A stretch of 64,000 nt of DNA from an uncultured Chloroflexia bacterium (GTDB lineage: Bacteria; Chloroflexota; Limnocylindria; Limnocylindrales; CSP1-4). The notes under the pieces are model-generated. The model had not been told where the DNA came from, did no database searches, and worked only from the letters and a program-made list of their open reading frames with translations. How positions within the stretch are numbered: position 1 is the stretch's first letter; each line of letters starts with the position of its first letter. Of this stretch, positions 59,929-64,000 are shown in pieces. The translations under genes were made by a program, and so were the position numbers. Location: positions 256,001 through 320,000 of the forward strand of contig CAVVYR010000007.1 in the NCBI GenBank assembly GCA_963752475.1. The letters run 5' to 3'.

Positions 59929-61208
59929 TCGCGGCGCTGGCGATCTGCCTGGTGCTGTCGTCGGCCGCCGCCACGCAGGCGGCAGGCTCGGAGGACGCGC
60001 GCTACACCTGGACGGAGTTGAGTCGAGCGACGCACGAGGCACACCGGACCAGGTCGGGACTGCCCGGTGCCGGGCAGTTGGGATCAGCCTGGGTCGATGT
60101 CGAGAAGAACCGGGTCGGCCTGCGTTTCGAGCGCGGCGCCCTCGAGCGGGCTGACTTGGCGTCGGCTGAACGCAAGTGGGAGCGGGCGCTGGGTGTGCCG
60201 GTCTACATCTGGCGCGAGGAGATCGTGCCGTCGATACCGCGCGCCGGAGCGTGGGTGAAGCTGCCCGACGCTCCGTGGGGTGCAGCCAACGCCGTCGCGG
60301 TCGCCATCGATGGGGACATGCTCGTGCTCGACCGTGAGACTGGGCGGGTCCTGCGGTTCGATCCGGAAAGGAACACCTGGATGCGCGGCGCCCGTGCGCC
60401 GAAGCCATTCCGGTCGTACGGCGCGTCGATCGGGACCGGCAGCGAGCTGATCCTGCCGCACACGAAGGACGCCAGTCGGATCGCGACGTACGACCCCACT
60501 GCTGACAGGTGGCGTACGCGCAAGCTCCCGCCATCACCGCTTTCGGGTCCTGACGCCGTGGTCTGGGCCGACGGGCGGTTGGTCGTGGCGGACATCGAGA
60601 CCGAGAGCGAGGTCGACATCGAACGGTCCCTCGCCCTACTGGACCTCGATACCGGCGAGTGGACCGAGCTGCCGGCACCCGAGGCCCCGAGCCAGCTCGT
60701 CGGCCTGCATTGGACCGGATCAGTCATCCTGGCCGTGACGACGGACGAGTACGAAGACCTCGTCCAGGTCACTGTCCTTGACCTCGACGACCGCGAATGG
60801 AGCGAACCCCTCACCGGGCCTCTGAGCTGGTGGTATCGGCACGGGGTCTGGATCGGTGACCGGCTCCTCTTCACGGGCGGCGGCGATCATGGGCCGAGTG
60901 ACGCCTCGTTCGACCCGGTCACGATGACTTGGACGGAGGAGGACTACGTCTGCCCCGTCGGTACACGCGAGGCGATCTGGACTGGCGAGCTCCTCGTCAG
61001 CGAGTCGAGCCGCTACTCGCTCGACCCTGACACTGGCACCTGCTATCGCTTCACCGGGCGCGATCGCACGATGAACTCCAACGCCGTCGTCTGGACCGGC
61101 GATCGCGTCATCTACTGGTCCGGCGGTGGCGCGGAGGAGGGGCAACCGGACCCATACCGCCACAACGGCCACGCCTTCGTGTTCTTCGACGAAGAGGTCC
61201 AGGGATGA
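59919..61208 (+). CDS. secreted Kelch-like beta-propeller protein
   Basis: Signal peptide MRLIAALAICLVLSSAAATQA; repeated WTG...YDP...W blades. Confidence 0.8.
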   Translation: MRLIAALAICLVLSSAAATQAAGSEDARYTWTELSRATHEAHRTRSGLPGAGQLGSAWVDVEKNRVGLRFERGALERADLASAERKWERALGVPVYIWREEIVPSIPRAGAWVKLPDAPWGAANAVAVAIDGDMLVLDRETGRVLRFDPERNTWMRGARAPKPFRSYGASIGTGSELILPHTKDASRIATYDPTADRWRTRKLPPSPLSGPDAVVWADGRLVVADIETESEVDIERSLALLDLDTGEWTELPAPEAPSQLVGLHWTGSVILAVTTDEYEDLVQVTVLDLDDREWSEPLTGPLSWWYRHGVWIGDRLLFTGGGDHGPSDASFDPVTMTWTEEDYVCPVGTREAIWTGELLVSESSRYSLDPDTGTCYRFTGRDRTMNSNAVVWTGDRVIYWSGGGAEEGQPDPYRHNGHAFVFFDEEVQG

Positions 61209-61306
61209 CGCCAGCCAGCTGCCAACGTGGCCCTGACGCGGACCGGCCGTCCTGTGAGTGAGAGCGGCATGATCGGTCCGGCGAACCGCGCCACCGAGCG
61301 TGATCC

Positions 61307-63506
61307 ATGGCTCGCGTGATCGGCGCCCGAGCTCGGCCGTGGATCGCATCGATCGCGATGGTCCTGTGCCTGGCGACAGTGAACGCTCTGATGTCGCCGC
61401 CGATCGTGGCCAAGGCTCCGGTGGACACAGATGAGCTAACACTCGACTACAGGGGCTGGGATGGCCGCATCACACGGCCGCTCGGCTACTGGTGGGAGCA
61501 GGGATCCGGAGGTGAGTGGTGGGTCGAACGCGCCAACCTCCGCCCGGACGGTCGCCTCACGCTGCACCTGGCGATCGATCCGATCGAAACGACCGTGCCT
61601 CTCGACCCTGGACCCGCGGTCCTCTTCGCATCTGCCCACCTGTCCGGCGACGGCGGCAGCGTCGGCCTCGGGGCGCGAGTCGGCAAGCCAGTGCACGTGA
61701 CCACACGTCCTTGTCGAGGCTCACAGCGATGCGAGATGCGTGCGAACGTCGTGCTTCCGACGCACCGGCTGGAGTCGGCCGCTGCCGGCGTTCGACATCC
61801 GGCCACTTGGCATGCACTCGGCGTGAACCTGACACTCGTTCGCACCTTCGGCCAGGGGACGTGGGTCCAGGTGCTCCCGCTCGAGGGACGCGGGCTCACG
61901 GGACGCGTCGGTACGGTTTCGGACCCCGGCACGTTCAAGGCGCACACCCGCTACTTCGGTGCGTTCCCGCTCGAGCAGGGCGAGCGCTGGCTGGCGAACC
62001 TCCCTCGCGAGGTCCGGTACGAGCCGGTGCTTCGCATCACCGAGCGTATCCGGCAGAAGGGGGACGAGAGCCAGATTCCCGAAAGCGTCCCGTTCCAGCT
62101 CGACGTGGACGCGGGCGACTGCCTGGGCTGGAGCCTGATGAACGCCACTGGTGACATCGCCTTCGACGAGACCGAGCGGCTGTTCGGCCGGGAGGTGCGC
62201 ACGGTCGATGTGCCCGTCGGGTCGGAGTGGTACGTGCGCTCGCCGAGCCTCGAGAACCTCGACATGCCCTCCGAGACGGTCCATAGCTTCGGACCCTTCT
62301 CGGCGGATAGCGACGGTCTGCGGATCGAGGGTTCGTGGCGCTGCGGCGAAGTCAGCGGTGATGTGACGACGTCCGCGCTGGCGGCGCAAGTCGCGAGCGC
62401 AGCCGCATCACCGTACGTGTGCGAGGAACCTCGTGATCGGATCGTCGAGGAGCCGGGCGTCCTGGCGGGGGAGTGGTCGAGCATCGCGACCGCGCCGATC
62501 CCTGGGCGGCACTCCCACACGGTCACCTGGACCGGCGAAGAGGTCATCGTCTGGGGCGGCATCGAGACCGCCGAAGACGGCTCCACGAGCATGCCGGCCG
62601 ACGGCGCTGCCTATGACCCCGCAACCGATACGTGGCGACCGATCAGCGAGGCGCCGATCAGGGGCCGGATCGGGCACACGGCGGTGTGGACCGGTGATCA
62701 GCTCATCATCTTCGGTGGCCGACGAGGAGACCGGCTTCGGGGCGATGGTGCCGCGTACTTCCCGACAACGGACACATGGCGTCAGATCCCCACGCTCGAG
62801 AGCGGCCTCCGACGCCGCTCGCATCATGCCTTCTGGACGGGCAAGCAGATGCTCATCTGGAGCGGCATCGGGCCGAGCGGCAGTCGCTATTGGCGAGATG
62901 ACGTCATGCTCGCGTACGACCCTTCGACCGACGACTGGTACGGAGATCGGTCGCCACTGTTCCGGCGCTGGGGACCTGATGGCCTCGCCGGTGACGGGGA
63001 GTTCGTCTTCGCCGTCAGCTACGGCGGTGGCGAGCGGCCCGAGATGGCGGTCTACGAGGTCTCCACCGAGCAGTGGCATGCCATCGCCGAGCCTGGAATC
63101 TCTGGACGGGCCCCGGCGTCACCCATCTGGACCGGCGCTGAGCTGCTGCTCTTGCGCCCGAGTATCCGGCTCGGCGGGGATCGATCTGCCGGCGAGTGCC
63201 GCCTACGACCCATCCGGCTCGTGCTGGCGCAGCGTCTCAACAGCGATACCGACGCATTCCGTCGCCTCGGCACCGTCGTGGACCGGGGAGCTGGCGGTGT
63301 TCGCCGGTCGCGAAGGCTTGGCCTACGACCCTGACGCCGACCGATGGCTGGCGATGCCGGCAGACGATCGCGCGGCTCGCACCGAGACGCCGTTCGTGTG
63401 GGCAGGAGATCGCATCTTCGCCTGGGGTGGGGTGGACCCGGCCACCGGGGCCGTGCTCGAGGACGGCGTAACGTACCGAGTACCGCTGGAGGGCGAGCCC
63501 AGATGA
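61307..63506 (+). pseudogene. secreted Kelch-repeat protein with a frameshift near 63160 (real or sequencing error)
   Basis: VWTG..IVWGG...AAYDP..W repeats continue in another frame after about 63160 to TGA 63506. Confidence 0.7.
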
Positions 63507-63565
63507 GAAGTATCGTGTTCGCTCGGCTTCGCTTGGCCATGCTCGCCTGCCTGTTCAGGTCATGA
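63503..63565 (+). CDS. 20-codon bridging mini-ORF or signal-peptide remnant
   Basis: MRSIVFARLRLAMLACLFRS with ATGA overlaps at both ends. Confidence 0.35.
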   Translation: MRSIVFARLRLAMLACLFRS

Positions 63566-64000
63566 GAGCGCCACTCGCGATGGCTGCCGTCGTGGTGGTC
63601 CTACTTACCGGGATGATCGCCGAGGGTCAGCCTGCCGCCGCGGCAGAGTCCGAAGCCACCGATCTCAGACCCAACGCGGAGCGGCCGCTCACCCACGAGG
63701 AACTGCTGATGATCCGGGGTGAACGCGAGCGCTCCGCGACGTGGGGCTCCGCCATGCTCGTGGCCGAGACCGTCCTCGAACGCGACCGGCCGCTGCGCGG
63801 CGGCGACCAGTGGTCGGGTGAGGGTCCGGCGTTCGGCGCCTTGCCGCGCGACGAAGTCCACCCGGGAGATCCGCTCGTACTGGCTTCCAGGACCGTGACC
63901 GCACGGCTCCCGGCCGACGACGGTCCCGTCCGCGGCCTCCTCGCTATCTCCGACAGCCGGTCCGACGCGTTGCGCTTGCAGGGCACCGTCGAGATGCCTG
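63562..64000 (+). CDS. secreted hypothetical protein, 5' part (runs off the window)
   Basis: MRAPLAMAAVVVVLLTGMIAEGQPAAAAE...; open to the window end. Confidence 0.7.
   Translation, partial: MRAPLAMAAVVVVLLTGMIAEGQPAAAAESEATDLRPNAERPLTHEELLMIRGERERSATWGSAMLVAETVLERDRPLRGGDQWSGEGPAFGALPRDEVHPGDPLVLASRTVTARLPADDGPVRGLLAISDSRSDALRLQGTVEMP

Overview
High-GC bacterial chromosome segment. The gene style and content most resemble Chloroflexota such as Limnocylindria (inference only). From left to right: (1) 0-11 kb is a mixed accessory region with secreted proteins, an SGNH hydrolase, an HNH nuclease, gluQ, two tandem sulfurtransferases, an RTX-repeat protein, a PIN protein and msrA. (2) A parA-parB pair has non-canonical DNA-recognition residues and is flanked by repeats. 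(3) A propionyl-CoA to methylmalonyl-CoA to succinyl-CoA to fumarate neighbourhood (pccB, biotin carboxylase, BCCP, mutase, mce, sucCD, mycobacterial Sdh1-type sdh) is interrupted by accessory genes, TetR/MFS and a DEAD-box helicase. (4) rnhA and RNase P RNA. (5) A dcw cluster runs from mraZ to ftsZ-yggS-yggT-yggU, lacks murE and murC, and carries extra small ORFs. (6) A rod-like candidate ncRNA and tRNA-Val(CAC). (7) An ECF sigma factor operon. Top signals: the putative anti-sigma protein ends in an MltG lytic-transglycosylase domain whose catalytic Glu is naturally Gln, a candidate peptidoglycan-sensing pseudoenzyme. The identical perfect palindrome GGTGCGTCGACGCACC sits in the promoter regions of both parA and ftsA. 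Also seen: a candidate 6S-like RNA, tiny bridging ORFs that may couple translation, and widespread leaderless starts. Family calls come from motif recognition only; no searches were run.
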